A stretch of DNA of 64,000 nucleotides from Candidatus Eiseniibacteriota bacterium (GTDB taxonomy: Bacteria; Eisenbacteria; RBG-16-71-46; JABDJR01): NCBI GenBank assembly GCA_963783375.1, contig CAWANH010000028.1:1600001-1664000 (forward strand), written 5' to 3'. Position numbers and translations under genes: made by a program. Shown piece after piece: positions 9,325-18,852 of the stretch; the stretch's first letter is position 1, and every line of letters starts with the position of its first letter. The notes beneath the pieces are model-generated. The model worked only from the letters and a program-made list of their open reading frames with translations. It was not told the DNA's origin and searched no databases.

Positions 9325-10244
9325 GCGTGGACGTGAGCGTGGTGGTGCCCGCCTTCAACGAGGCGGAGAGCCTGCCGGAGCTGGCGGATCGCGTGCGCGA
9401 CGTGCTCGCGGGCACGGGCAAGACATGGGAACTGCTGGTGGTGGACGACGGCAGCACCGACGACACCCGCGAGGTCCTGAAGCGGCTCGCCGCCGGGATC
9501 CCGGAGTTCCGGTATCGCTCCTTTCTCCGGAACTACGGCAAGGCCGCCGCCCTGGATGTGGCCTTCCGCGAGGCGCGGGGGGACGCGATCATCACCATGG
9601 ACGCCGATCTCCAGGACGACCCCGGGGAGATCCCCGGCCTCCTGGCCGAGCTCGACCGGGGCTTCGACCTGGTCTCGGGTTGGAAGCGAGTGCGCCACGA
9701 TCCCATCTCCAAGACCCTCCCCTCCAAGCTGTTCAACGCCACGGTGAGCGCTTTCGCCGGGGTGCGTCTCCACGACTTCAACTGCGGTCTCAAGGCCTAT
9801 CGCGCCGGTACCGCCCGAAGCCTTCCGGTCTACGGGGAGCTTCACCGTTTTCTCCCCGCCCTGGCCCACTGGCGGGGCTACAAGGTCACCGAGATCCCGG
9901 TGCTTCACCACGCCCGGATCCACGGCCGGAGCAAGTACGGCCCCAGCCGCTTCGTGAACGGGTTCCTGGACCTCTTGACCGTGACCTTCGTCTATTCGGG
10001 GAAGCACAGTCCCCTCCACTTTTTCGGCCGGATCGGACTGCTCCTGGGAGTGATCGGGGGGGGGATCTTCACCGCCTTCGTGGTTTCATGGGGACTGGGC
10101 CATCCGGTTCGCATGCGGCCCATCTTCTTCATCGGGCTCATCCTGATCATCCTGGCCATCCAGTTCATCTCCCTGGGACTCCTGGGCGAGCTGGTGGTCA
10201 AGGGCCAGGCTCGGACCCCCTACCAGTTCCGGGAGGAGGCATGA
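9321..10244 (+). CDS. GT2 polyprenyl-phosphate glycosyltransferase (ArnC/GtrB/DPM1-like)
   Basis: VVPAFNE, VDDGSTD, RNYGKAAAL, MDADLQDDP, HDFNCGLK, two C-terminal TM helices. Confidence 0.9.
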   Translation: MSVDVSVVVPAFNEAESLPELADRVRDVLAGTGKTWELLVVDDGSTDDTREVLKRLAAGIPEFRYRSFLRNYGKAAALDVAFREARGDAIITMDADLQDDPGEIPGLLAELDRGFDLVSGWKRVRHDPISKTLPSKLFNATVSAFAGVRLHDFNCGLKAYRAGTARSLPVYGELHRFLPALAHWRGYKVTEIPVLHHARIHGRSKYGPSRFVNGFLDLLTVTFVYSGKHSPLHFFGRIGLLLGVIGGGIFTAFVVSWGLGHPVRMRPIFFIGLILIILAIQFISLGLLGELVVKGQARTPYQFREEA

Positions 10245-10966
10245 CCGATGCCGCCATGCCCCGCGCGGCGCTTCTGGCCGGGGGGTTGGGGACCCGCATC
10301 CGGGCCGTGGCCGGGAGCACCCCCAAGGTGCTCCTCCCGGTGGAGGGCCGTCCGTTCATCGCCCACCTCCTGGAGTACCTCGACCGCCAAGGGGTGACCG
10401 AGGCGGTGCTCTGCCTGGGCCACGCCGCCGACCAGGTCTGGGACGCCGCCCTCTCGGCGGCTCCCCCCACCATGAAGCTCACCGCCTCCCGCGAGGAGAC
10501 GCCCCTGGGGACGGGAGGCGCCCTCCGGTTGGCCGTCGAGCACCTCGGGGATACCTTCTTCGTGGTGAACGGCGACACCTTCCTGGAGGCCCCGCTCGCC
10601 CCGTTGCTCCAGTTTCACCGCCGCTCCAAAGCCCTGATCACCCTCTCCCTGGTGCGCTCGGAGCAGGCGGCGGAGAAGGGGACGGTGCGGGTGGACCCTT
10701 CGGGTCGGGTGCTCGACTTCGTGGAGAAGGTCCCCGACGGCACCGGCCTCATCAACGGCGGGGTCTACGTGGCCGATGCCCCGGCGCTCGAACACTGCGT
10801 CCTGGGCAAGCCCTGCTCCCTGGAGCGGGAGGTGATCCCCGCCGCGCTCCGCCGGGGCGAAACCATCATGGCCCGCCGCGCCGACGCCCCCTTCGTGGAC
10901 ATCGGGCTCCCCGAGGACTATCTGAGAGTGCGGGACCGCCTCCCCCGGGCGGGGGGCCGCCGGTGA
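10241..10966 (+). CDS. hddC: Sugar-phosphate nucleotidyltransferase, D-glycero-alpha-D-manno-heptose 1-phosphate guanylyltransferase-like
   Basis: LAGGLGTR, PKVLLPV, PLGTGGA, NGDT, INGGVY, FVDIGLPEDY; adjacent to hddA. Confidence 0.75.
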   Translation: MTDAAMPRAALLAGGLGTRIRAVAGSTPKVLLPVEGRPFIAHLLEYLDRQGVTEAVLCLGHAADQVWDAALSAAPPTMKLTASREETPLGTGGALRLAVEHLGDTFFVVNGDTFLEAPLAPLLQFHRRSKALITLSLVRSEQAAEKGTVRVDPSGRVLDFVEKVPDGTGLINGGVYVADAPALEHCVLGKPCSLEREVIPAALRRGETIMARRADAPFVDIGLPEDYLRVRDRLPRAGGRR

Positions 10967-11973
10967 AGATCTACCGGGCCAAGGCCCCGCTTCGGATCTC
11001 CTTCTGCGGTGGCGGCACCGACGTCTCGCCCTATCCCGAGGAACGGGGCGGGGTGGTGCTCTCCAGCACGGTGGACAAGTTCGCCTACGCCACCCTCCGC
11101 CCCCGCAAGGACGACCGCCTCCGCATCCGCTCCCTGGACTACGACATCGTGGCCAACTACGACCGCTCCAAGCTGGAGTACGACGGGGAGCTGGACCTGG
11201 TGAAGGCGGTGGCCCGGTACTTCACGCTTCCTTCCGGGGCCGACCTCTTCATCCACTCCGATGCTCCCCCCGGAAGCGGGCTGGGCTCCTCCTCCACCAT
11301 GTGCGTGGCCCTGGTGGGGGTGTTCATGGAGTGGCTGGGCATTCCGATGACCAGCTACGAGATCGCGGAGATCACCTACCGGATCGAGCGGGAGGAGCTT
11401 CAGATCGCCGGCGGCCGCCAGGACCAGTACGCGGCCACCTTCGGCGGGTTCAACTACATCGAGTTCCTCGAGAACGTGACCGTGGTGAACCCGCTCCGGA
11501 TCCGCCCCGATCTCCGGGCCGAGCTGGAGTACAACCTCCTCCTCTGCTACACCGGCCAGACCCGGCTCTCCGCCAACATCGTGGCCAGCCAGACCCGGGC
11601 CTATCAGGCCAAGAAGCAGGCGGTGGTGAAGGCCCTGGACCGGATGAAGGCGCTGACCCAGGAGATGAAGACCGCGCTCCTGATCGGGGACCTGCCCACC
11701 TTCGGGAAGCTCTTGCACGTGGCCTGGTCCGAGAAGAAGCAGCTCGACGAGAAGATCAGCTCCTCCCGCATCGACAACCTCTACACCATCGCCCGGCGCT
11801 ACGGCACGCTGGGGGGGAAGATCCTGGGCGCGGGCGGGGGAGGCTATCTCCTTCTCTACGTGCCCTTCACCCGCAAGCACAACGTGGCCCGGGTCCTGGA
11901 GGAGGCGGGCGCGAAGGTGGTGCCGTTCGCGTTCACCGAGGGGGGACTGGCCACCTGGAGCGTGGCCGGGTGA
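10963..11973 (+). CDS. hddA: GHMP kinase, D-glycero-alpha-D-manno-heptose 7-phosphate kinase
   Basis: KAPLRISFCGGGTD, PPGSGLGSSS, GGRQDQYAATFGGFN, GGKILGAGGGG. Confidence 0.85.
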   Translation: MKIYRAKAPLRISFCGGGTDVSPYPEERGGVVLSSTVDKFAYATLRPRKDDRLRIRSLDYDIVANYDRSKLEYDGELDLVKAVARYFTLPSGADLFIHSDAPPGSGLGSSSTMCVALVGVFMEWLGIPMTSYEIAEITYRIEREELQIAGGRQDQYAATFGGFNYIEFLENVTVVNPLRIRPDLRAELEYNLLLCYTGQTRLSANIVASQTRAYQAKKQAVVKALDRMKALTQEMKTALLIGDLPTFGKLLHVAWSEKKQLDEKISSSRIDNLYTIARRYGTLGGKILGAGGGGYLLLYVPFTRKHNVARVLEEAGAKVVPFAFTEGGLATWSVAG

Positions 11974-13142
11974 GGTTTGTCCTCGTAGGAACCGCCTATC
12001 CCCAACGGGGAGGCATCGCCCACTACATCGCGCTCCTCTCCCGGGCCCTCGAGGCCGCCGGCCACGAGGTCAAGGTGGTCTCCTTCACCCGCCAGTATCC
12101 CGGGCTGTTCTTTCCCGGCCGGTCCCAGGACGAAGCCGGCCCCGAGACCATCCGGGTGGATTCCGAGCGGTTGATCGACTCCGTCGGCCCCCTCTCCTGG
12201 TTCCGGGCCGCCCGCCGGATCCGCGCGATCGCCCCCGACCTGGTGGTGTTCAAGTACTGGATGCCCTTCTTCGCTCCCGCCTACGGAACCATGGCCCGAA
12301 GGCTCGGGAAGGCGGGGATCCGGACCTGCTTCCTCCTCGACAACGTCATCCCCCACGAACGGCGCCCCGGCGACATCGCCCTCACCCGCTACGCGCTGGC
12401 TCCGGTGGACTGCTTCGTGGCCCAGTCGAAATCGGTGGCCGCCGAGCTCCGCCGGTTCCGGCCCCATGCCCCGCTCCGGGAAGTGGCGCATCCGGTCTAC
12501 GACATCTTCGGGGAGAACTCGGACCGCGAAGCGGCGCGGCGGCGCCTCGGGGTGCGAGCCGAAGAGGTGGCGCTCTTCTTCGGCTTCATCCGGGGGTACA
12601 AGGGGCTCCTGAACCTCTTTCGCGCGGTGGCCCGGATCCCCCGCGAGCGGAGCTTCCAGCTCCTGGTGGGAGGGGAGTTCTACGAGGATCCCGGGCCCTA
12701 CCGCGACCTGATCGCCGAGCTGGGGATCGCCGACCGGGTGATCCTCCACGACCGCTACATCCCCAACGACGAGGTGGCGGACTTCTTCACCGCGGCCAAC
12801 GTGGTGGTGTTGCCCTATCAGAGCGCCACCCAGAGCGGGATCATCCAGATCGCCTTCAACTTCAACCGCCCGGTGATCACCACCGACGTGGGGGGGCTCC
12901 CCGAGGTGGTGCGGCCGGGAGAGCTGGGGGAGGTGGTCCCTCCCGAGGATCCCGCCGCCCTGGCCGAGGCGATGGTGGACTACTTCGAGTCGGGGAAGGA
13001 GGCGCGCTACACCCCCCAGGTGGCCGAGGAAAAGAAACGTTATTCGTGGGGGAAGCTGGTCGAGGCGCTGGCGGCTCTCGCCGGCGGGGAGGGCGGGACG
13101 GAGGGCGAAACCACCGGCGCGTCCAAGGGAGCCTCCGCGTGA
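11970..13142 (+). CDS. Glycosyltransferase family 4
   Basis: GTAYPQRGGIAHY, FFGFIRGYKGL, LPYQSATQSG, TDVGGLPE. Confidence 0.9.
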   Translation: MRFVLVGTAYPQRGGIAHYIALLSRALEAAGHEVKVVSFTRQYPGLFFPGRSQDEAGPETIRVDSERLIDSVGPLSWFRAARRIRAIAPDLVVFKYWMPFFAPAYGTMARRLGKAGIRTCFLLDNVIPHERRPGDIALTRYALAPVDCFVAQSKSVAAELRRFRPHAPLREVAHPVYDIFGENSDREAARRRLGVRAEEVALFFGFIRGYKGLLNLFRAVARIPRERSFQLLVGGEFYEDPGPYRDLIAELGIADRVILHDRYIPNDEVADFFTAANVVVLPYQSATQSGIIQIAFNFNRPVITTDVGGLPEVVRPGELGEVVPPEDPAALAEAMVDYFESGKEARYTPQVAEEKKRYSWGKLVEALAALAGGEGGTEGETTGASKGASA

Positions 13143-14473
13143 CCCGCCGCCGGGTGCTCATCGTGGCTTATTACTTTCCCCCCTCGGGCGGCCCCGGCGT
13201 CCAGCGGGTGCTCAAGTTCGCGCGCTACCTTCCCGATTTCGGGTGGGATCCGGCGGTGCTCACGGTGTCGGGGGCGGACTACCCGGCCCGGGACGAGTCG
13301 CTCCTGGCCGAGATCCCGGACACCGTTCCCGTGGTCCGCACCCCGATCCCCGAGCCTTACGATCTCTACCGGATGCTCACCGGAAGGAAGAAGGGGACGC
13401 CGGTCGACGTGAACGTGAACTACGCCGCCGGACGCAGGGTCACGGTGAAGGAGCGCGCCGCCCAGTGGGTGCGGGGGATGTTCTTCATCCCCGACGCCCG
13501 CGCGGGCTGGCTCCTCACCGGGATCCGGCCGGGGGTCGACCTGGCCCGGCGCTTCGGGGCCGATCTGGTCTATTCCTCGTCCCCCCCCTATACCTGCGCG
13601 CTCCTCGGGCGGGCGGTGGCCCGCCGGGCCGGTATTCCCTGGGTGCCCGAGTTCCGCGATCCGTGGACGGGGTTCCTGAGCGCGCCCCGCCGGCCGGAGC
13701 CGGCCCGGAGCTTCGAGCGCCGGCTGGAACGGGGGGTCTACCGCGACGCCCCCCGGATCGCGGTGGCCTGGCGGGGGATCGCCGACGATTTCACCGGCAA
13801 GTACCCGCGCGAGGACGCCTCGAAGTTCCGCCTCGTCCCCAACGGGTATGATCCGGAGGACCTGGAGGGGATCTCCCCCCGGGCCAACCCGCGGTTCACC
13901 GTGGTCTACACCGGATCCATGTACGGGGTGCGGAACCCCGACGCCTTCCTTCGGGCGGCGGAGACGCTCCTCGCCTCGGGCCGGATGGACCCCGACCGGG
14001 TGCGGCTCCGTTTCGTGGGGCGGTTCGGCGACGAGGTGCGGGCCATGTTCGGCCGCCCCGGGGTGGCGGCGGTGGTGGAGGAGGTCCCCTACGTTCCCCA
14101 CGCCGAGAGCGTGGCCGAGATTCTCGGCGCCCACGCCCTCCTCCTGGTGGTGGACGACGTGGCCGGATCCGAGGGGATTGTTCCGGGCAAGGTGTTCGAA
14201 TACATTGGCGCCCGCCGGCCTCTCCTGGCCCTGGCCCCCGAGGGGGCGGTGGCGGAGCTGGTGCGGCGGACCGCGGCGGGCCGGGTGCTGGCCCGGGACG
14301 ACGTGGGCGGGATCGCCGAGGCCCTGGCCGCCCTCTACCAGGAGTGGCTCCGAACCGGGACCACGGCCTTCGAGGGGCGTGAGGACGAGGTGAAGCGGTT
14401 GAGCCGCCGGGAACGCACCCGGGACCTGGCCGCCCTCTTCGACGAGGTACTGGAGGAAGTACATGGCGCGTAA
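13139..14473 (+). CDS. Glycosyltransferase family 4
   Basis: AYYFPPSGGPGVQR, EFRDPW, VPNGYD, PGKVFEYI. Confidence 0.9.
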   Translation: MTRRRVLIVAYYFPPSGGPGVQRVLKFARYLPDFGWDPAVLTVSGADYPARDESLLAEIPDTVPVVRTPIPEPYDLYRMLTGRKKGTPVDVNVNYAAGRRVTVKERAAQWVRGMFFIPDARAGWLLTGIRPGVDLARRFGADLVYSSSPPYTCALLGRAVARRAGIPWVPEFRDPWTGFLSAPRRPEPARSFERRLERGVYRDAPRIAVAWRGIADDFTGKYPREDASKFRLVPNGYDPEDLEGISPRANPRFTVVYTGSMYGVRNPDAFLRAAETLLASGRMDPDRVRLRFVGRFGDEVRAMFGRPGVAAVVEEVPYVPHAESVAEILGAHALLLVVDDVAGSEGIVPGKVFEYIGARRPLLALAPEGAVAELVRRTAAGRVLARDDVGGIAEALAALYQEWLRTGTTAFEGREDEVKRLSRRERTRDLAALFDEVLEEVHGA

Positions 14474-16943
14474 GGAACCGAAGAAGGCGTCGAAGGCCCG
14501 GCCCGCGCCGCGCCGGACCGAGGATCCCGAAACCCGCCCCCTGGAGCGCCACGCCTTCTGGTGGGCGCTGGGGGGGATGGCGCTTCTCCTGGTCATCTTC
14601 TTCCACCAGATCTTTCTCGGCGGGAAGACCTTTCAGCCTCCCGATACCCTGGCCAGCATGGCCTTCCAGCCCTTCGTGAAGGAGGCCTTCCACGGCCCGG
14701 GATCCCTTCTGGCCCGCTATCCGCTCTGGTCGCCCTACATCTTCTCCGGCATGCCGTCCTACGGGAGCATGATCACCGCGCCCTACGTGAACGTACTGAG
14801 CCTGATCTTCTTCCTGGTCTCCGGATCGTTGAAGATCATCATCTACTACCTCCTGACCGGCGTATTCACCTGGCTCCTGCTTCGTCGCAAGGGGGCCGGG
14901 ACCCTCCCCGCCCTCCTGGGGGCGGTGGGGTTCGTGTTCTGCACCCACGTCATCACCTGGATCATGTTCGGGCACAACACCAAGGTGGGAACGACGGTGT
15001 TCCTCCCCCTGGTGCTTCTGGCCACCGACGCCCTCTGGGAGAGGCCGAGCCTGCGTTGGACCTCGGTCCTGGCCCTGGCGGTGGGGATGATGATGCTCTC
15101 CTTCCACCTCCAGATCGCCTACTACACCTTCCTGGCCGCGGGGCTCTACATGGTCACGGTCACGGTGATGGGAATCCGGAGGAAGCTGGGAGTGGGTCCG
15201 GTCGCCGGGCGCTGGGCCCTGTGGGGCGCGGCGGTGGCGGTGGGGCTGGTGGCCAGCTCGGTGCTCTTCCTCTCGGTTCACGAATACGCCGCCCACTCCA
15301 TCCGGGGCGGCTCGGCCGGAGGGTTGAGCTACGGCTACGCCACCAACTGGAGCCTCCACCCCCTGGAGATCATCACCTTCCTCGTGCCCTCGTTCCTGGG
15401 CTACGGCGGGGCCACCTACTGGGGATGGATGCCCTTCACCGACTTCCCCCACTACATGGGGATCCTTCCCCTCTTCCTGGCCGTGTTGACCCTGACCCTC
15501 TGGCCCCGGGAACGGCTCCACGTGTTCTTCCTGCTCCTCGCCGGGTTCTCTCTCCTGGTGGCGTTCGGGAAGCACCTGCCGGCGGTGTACAACCTCCTCT
15601 TCGACTATCTCCCGTACTTCAACAAGTTCCGTGTGCCGAGCATGATCCTGGTGCTGGTGCAGTTCGCGGTGGCGGTCCTGGCCGCGCTGGGGTTGGAGCG
15701 GCTGGCCCGAACCGCGCCCCCCGAGGAAACCGCGCGGCGGCTCAAGCGGTTCTGGATGGTGGGGGGGATCCTCGTGGGGCTGGTGGTCCTGATCGGCTTC
15801 TACACCGCGAGCAGCCTGGAGGGAACCGCGGCGCGGCGGATCGCCGAGCGCGCCCCGGGCATGGGGGTTCCCGCCGGCCAGGCCGCGGCCTTCGGAGCCC
15901 GGGAGGCCGGGCAGGTGGTGGGGATGGCCGGTCGCGACGTGTTCCTGGCCCTCCTCTTCCTGGCCGCGGGACTGGGGCTGGTTTGGGCGAGGCTCAAGCG
16001 CCGGATCCCCGCGGCCGCGCTCACCGCCGGCATCCTGATCCTCACCGTGATCGATCTCTGGAGGGTGGACGTGAAACCCGCCACCTACCATGCGCGGAAC
16101 CAGGCCCCTTCGGCCTTCGCGGCCACCGGCGCGGTGGAGTATCTGAAGCAGGACCCCGAGCCCTTCCGGATCCTCCCCCTGAGCGGAGGCGGCCAGGCCA
16201 ACAACAGCTTCGCCTACTTCCTGATCCCCAGCATCCTGGGCTACCACCCGGCCAAGCTCCAGATCTACCAGGATCTGATCGACGACGAGGGGCCGGTGGG
16301 GATGTACAAGACGCTCCGGCAGGGGAATCTGAACATCCTCGACATGCTGAACACCAAGTACGTGGTGAGCGATCGGGAGATTCCGCTCGCGCCCCTGGAG
16401 ACGGTGTACCGCGGGGACCAGTTCGTGATGCGGAACCCCGAGGCGCTCCCCCGCATGTGGTTCGTGGACCGGGCCCGGGTGATCGCCGACCCGAAGGAGC
16501 ATCTCCAGGCCCTGGCCAACCCCGCCTGGAAGCCGGCCGAGGAGGCGCTGGTGTTCGACGATCCCGGGCCCCTCGACCCGGGCACCGGCGGCACCGCCAC
16601 CGTCACCGAGTATCGCGACCGGGAGATCCACGCCGAGGTGGACTCCCCCGGAAACTCGCTCCTGGTGATGAGCGAGATCTACTACGAGCCCGGGTGGAAC
16701 GCGAGCCTGGACGGGAGGCCGGTGGACATCCGGCGCGCGGACTACGTGCTGCGCGCGATCAAGGTGCCCCCTGGACGCCACCAGCTGGTCATGCGGTTCG
16801 ATCCCCCGTCCTTCAAGCAGGGGGTGCTTCTGAGCGTCGGCGCCTTCGCCCTCATCCTGCTCGCCCTGGCCGCCTCCCTGGTCTTCGAGCGGGGGAGGAA
16901 GCGGGACGAGCCCGCGGCCCCGCCCGCCGCCGGCGAGGCGTAG
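14463..16943 (+). CDS. YfhO family GT-C membrane glycosyltransferase
   Basis: PLWSPYIFSGMP, HLQIAYY, FNKFRVPS, GYHPAKL, LDMLNTKY, SEIYYEPGW and the LRAIKVPPGRH C-terminal domain. Confidence 0.88.
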   Translation: MARKEPKKASKARPAPRRTEDPETRPLERHAFWWALGGMALLLVIFFHQIFLGGKTFQPPDTLASMAFQPFVKEAFHGPGSLLARYPLWSPYIFSGMPSYGSMITAPYVNVLSLIFFLVSGSLKIIIYYLLTGVFTWLLLRRKGAGTLPALLGAVGFVFCTHVITWIMFGHNTKVGTTVFLPLVLLATDALWERPSLRWTSVLALAVGMMMLSFHLQIAYYTFLAAGLYMVTVTVMGIRRKLGVGPVAGRWALWGAAVAVGLVASSVLFLSVHEYAAHSIRGGSAGGLSYGYATNWSLHPLEIITFLVPSFLGYGGATYWGWMPFTDFPHYMGILPLFLAVLTLTLWPRERLHVFFLLLAGFSLLVAFGKHLPAVYNLLFDYLPYFNKFRVPSMILVLVQFAVAVLAALGLERLARTAPPEETARRLKRFWMVGGILVGLVVLIGFYTASSLEGTAARRIAERAPGMGVPAGQAAAFGAREAGQVVGMAGRDVFLALLFLAAGLGLVWARLKRRIPAAALTAGILILTVIDLWRVDVKPATYHARNQAPSAFAATGAVEYLKQDPEPFRILPLSGGGQANNSFAYFLIPSILGYHPAKLQIYQDLIDDEGPVGMYKTLRQGNLNILDMLNTKYVVSDREIPLAPLETVYRGDQFVMRNPEALPRMWFVDRARVIADPKEHLQALANPAWKPAEEALVFDDPGPLDPGTGGTATVTEYRDREIHAEVDSPGNSLLVMSEIYYEPGWNASLDGRPVDIRRADYVLRAIKVPPGRHQLVMRFDPPSFKQGVLLSVGAFALILLALAASLVFERGRKRDEPAAPPAAGEA

Positions 16944-16947
16944 GCCC

Positions 16948-18852
16948 TTGTGCGGCATCGCGGGAGCGTTCCATTTCGGCCGGGAGACCGGGGTGGATGA
17001 CGGCGTGCTGCGCGCCATGGCCTCGGCGATCGCGCACCGGGGCCCGGACGACGAGGGGTTCTACCGGGAGAGTGACGGCCGCCTCGGGCTCGCCTTCCGG
17101 CGGCTCTCCATCATCGACCTCTCCGGGGGCCGCCAGCCCATGGAGAGCGAGGACGGGCGCCACCACCTGGTCTTCAACGGCGAGATCTACAACCACGCCG
17201 CCATCCGGGGGGAGCTGGAGGCGAAGGGCCGGCGTTTCCGCACCCGCTCCGACACCGAGGTCATCCTCCAGGCCTACGCCGAGTACGGCGCGGACTGCGT
17301 CACCCGCTTCCAGGGCATGTTCGCCTTCGCGATCTGGGACCGGGAGCGCCGGACGCTGTTCCTGGCCCGGGACCGGGTGGGGATCAAGCCGCTCTACTGG
17401 GCCTCGGTCGGCGGCGCGTTCGTGTTCGGGAGCGAGATCAAGGCGCTCTTCGCCCATCCCGATCTCTCCCCCCGGCTCGACCGGGACGAGCTCGCCCGCT
17501 ACTTCACCTTTCTCTGCGTCCCCCCCCCGAACACCCTCTTCGAGGGGGTGCGAAAGCTCCGCGCCGGCCACACCCTGACCGTGGAAGCGGGGCGGGGGCC
17601 GGGGGAGCCGGTGCGGTACTGGATGCCGGTCACCGGGCCGGTCTCCGCCGCTTCCGAGGAGGAACTGGCCGAGGAGGTGCGCGCGACGCTGACCGACGCG
17701 GTTCGCGCCCGGCTCATGTCCGACGTCCCCTTCGGGGCGTTCCTGAGCGGCGGGGTGGACTCGAGCGCCATCGTGGCGATCATGGCCGCCGCCCTGGACC
17801 GGCCGGTGGAGACCTTCAGCGTCGGCTACAAGGACGACCCCGGTTTCAACGAGTTCGAGAACGCGCGCCGCACCGCCCGGCTCTTCTCCACCAACCACCA
17901 CGAGGTGATGATCGACCACGAGGACTTCCGCCGGTTCCTCCCCCGGCTGGTCCACCACCAGGACGAGCCGATCGCCGACCCGGTGTGCGTCCCCCTCTAT
18001 TACGTGGCCGATCTGGCCCGGCGAAACGGGGTCATCGTGACCCTGGTGGGGGAGGGTTCGGACGAGCTCTTCTTCGGCTACACCTGGCTCGAGCGGGTGC
18101 GACGGATGGTGGATCGGTGGTGGGGACCCCTGGGGGCGGGACCCGCCGTCCTGAAGTCGGCGGCCACGCGCCTGGTCGAGCCCTTCGTGGATCTTCCGCG
18201 TCGTGATTTCCTCCGCCGGTTCCGCGAGGGGGGAGAGCCGTTCCTCGGCGGGGCGGTGACGTTCTATCCCGAGGAGCTGAAGCGCCTGGCTCCGTCCCTG
18301 GCCGGCGACCGACGCCGGGACGAGATCGTCCGCGCCATCTACTCGGAGATCGACGCGGTCCGCCCGGGGGCGGACTTCCCCAACCGCTCCGCCTACCTGG
18401 AGCTCATGTATCGCCTGCCCGAACTCCTCCTCATGCGGGTGGACAAGATGACCATGGCCGCCTCGGTCGAGGGGCGGGTGCCGTTCCTCGACCACCGCAT
18501 GGTGGAGCTGGCGTTCCGCATCCCCGGCTCCATGAAGGTGAAGGACGGGGTGACCAAGCACATCCTGAAGCGCGCGGTCTCCGGCCTCATCCCCAACGAG
18601 ATCATCCACCGCCCGAAGGTCGGCTTTCACGTTCCGGTGACCCGCTGGTTCGAGGACGTGCTGAACCCCATGGCCGACGAGGTGCTCCTGGATCCGCGCC
18701 TCGGCGCCCTGGGGATCTGGGATCCGGCCGAGGTGCGGCGGCTCCTCGAGCGGCAACGGGCGGGGAAGGGAAACTACGGGATGCGGGTGTGGGCCCTGGT
18801 CAACTTCGCCCTCTGGTACCGCCACTGGATGCTGGGCGAGGACCTGGGATGA
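16948..18852 (+). CDS. asnB: Asparagine synthase (glutamine-hydrolysing)-type amidotransferase, probably glycan-amidating
   Basis: N-terminal MCGIAG, HRGPD, FNGEIYN, FLSGGVDSS, GEGSDELF, RVPFLDH. Confidence 0.92.
   Translation: MCGIAGAFHFGRETGVDDGVLRAMASAIAHRGPDDEGFYRESDGRLGLAFRRLSIIDLSGGRQPMESEDGRHHLVFNGEIYNHAAIRGELEAKGRRFRTRSDTEVILQAYAEYGADCVTRFQGMFAFAIWDRERRTLFLARDRVGIKPLYWASVGGAFVFGSEIKALFAHPDLSPRLDRDELARYFTFLCVPPPNTLFEGVRKLRAGHTLTVEAGRGPGEPVRYWMPVTGPVSAASEEELAEEVRATLTDAVRARLMSDVPFGAFLSGGVDSSAIVAIMAAALDRPVETFSVGYKDDPGFNEFENARRTARLFSTNHHEVMIDHEDFRRFLPRLVHHQDEPIADPVCVPLYYVADLARRNGVIVTLVGEGSDELFFGYTWLERVRRMVDRWWGPLGAGPAVLKSAATRLVEPFVDLPRRDFLRRFREGGEPFLGGAVTFYPEELKRLAPSLAGDRRRDEIVRAIYSEIDAVRPGADFPNRSAYLELMYRLPELLLMRVDKMTMAASVEGRVPFLDHRMVELAFRIPGSMKVKDGVTKHILKRAVSGLIPNEIIHRPKVGFHVPVTRWFEDVLNPMADEVLLDPRLGALGIWDPAEVRRLLERQRAGKGNYGMRVWALVNFALWYRHWMLGEDLG

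Noticed and set aside
13896-17018. 1040-aa antisense ORF, and similar ones at 5769-8453, 23062-25308, 31184-33220 and 43573-46128
   Set aside because: Shadow ORFs opposite well-supported genes; expected from high-GC codon bias; no motifs
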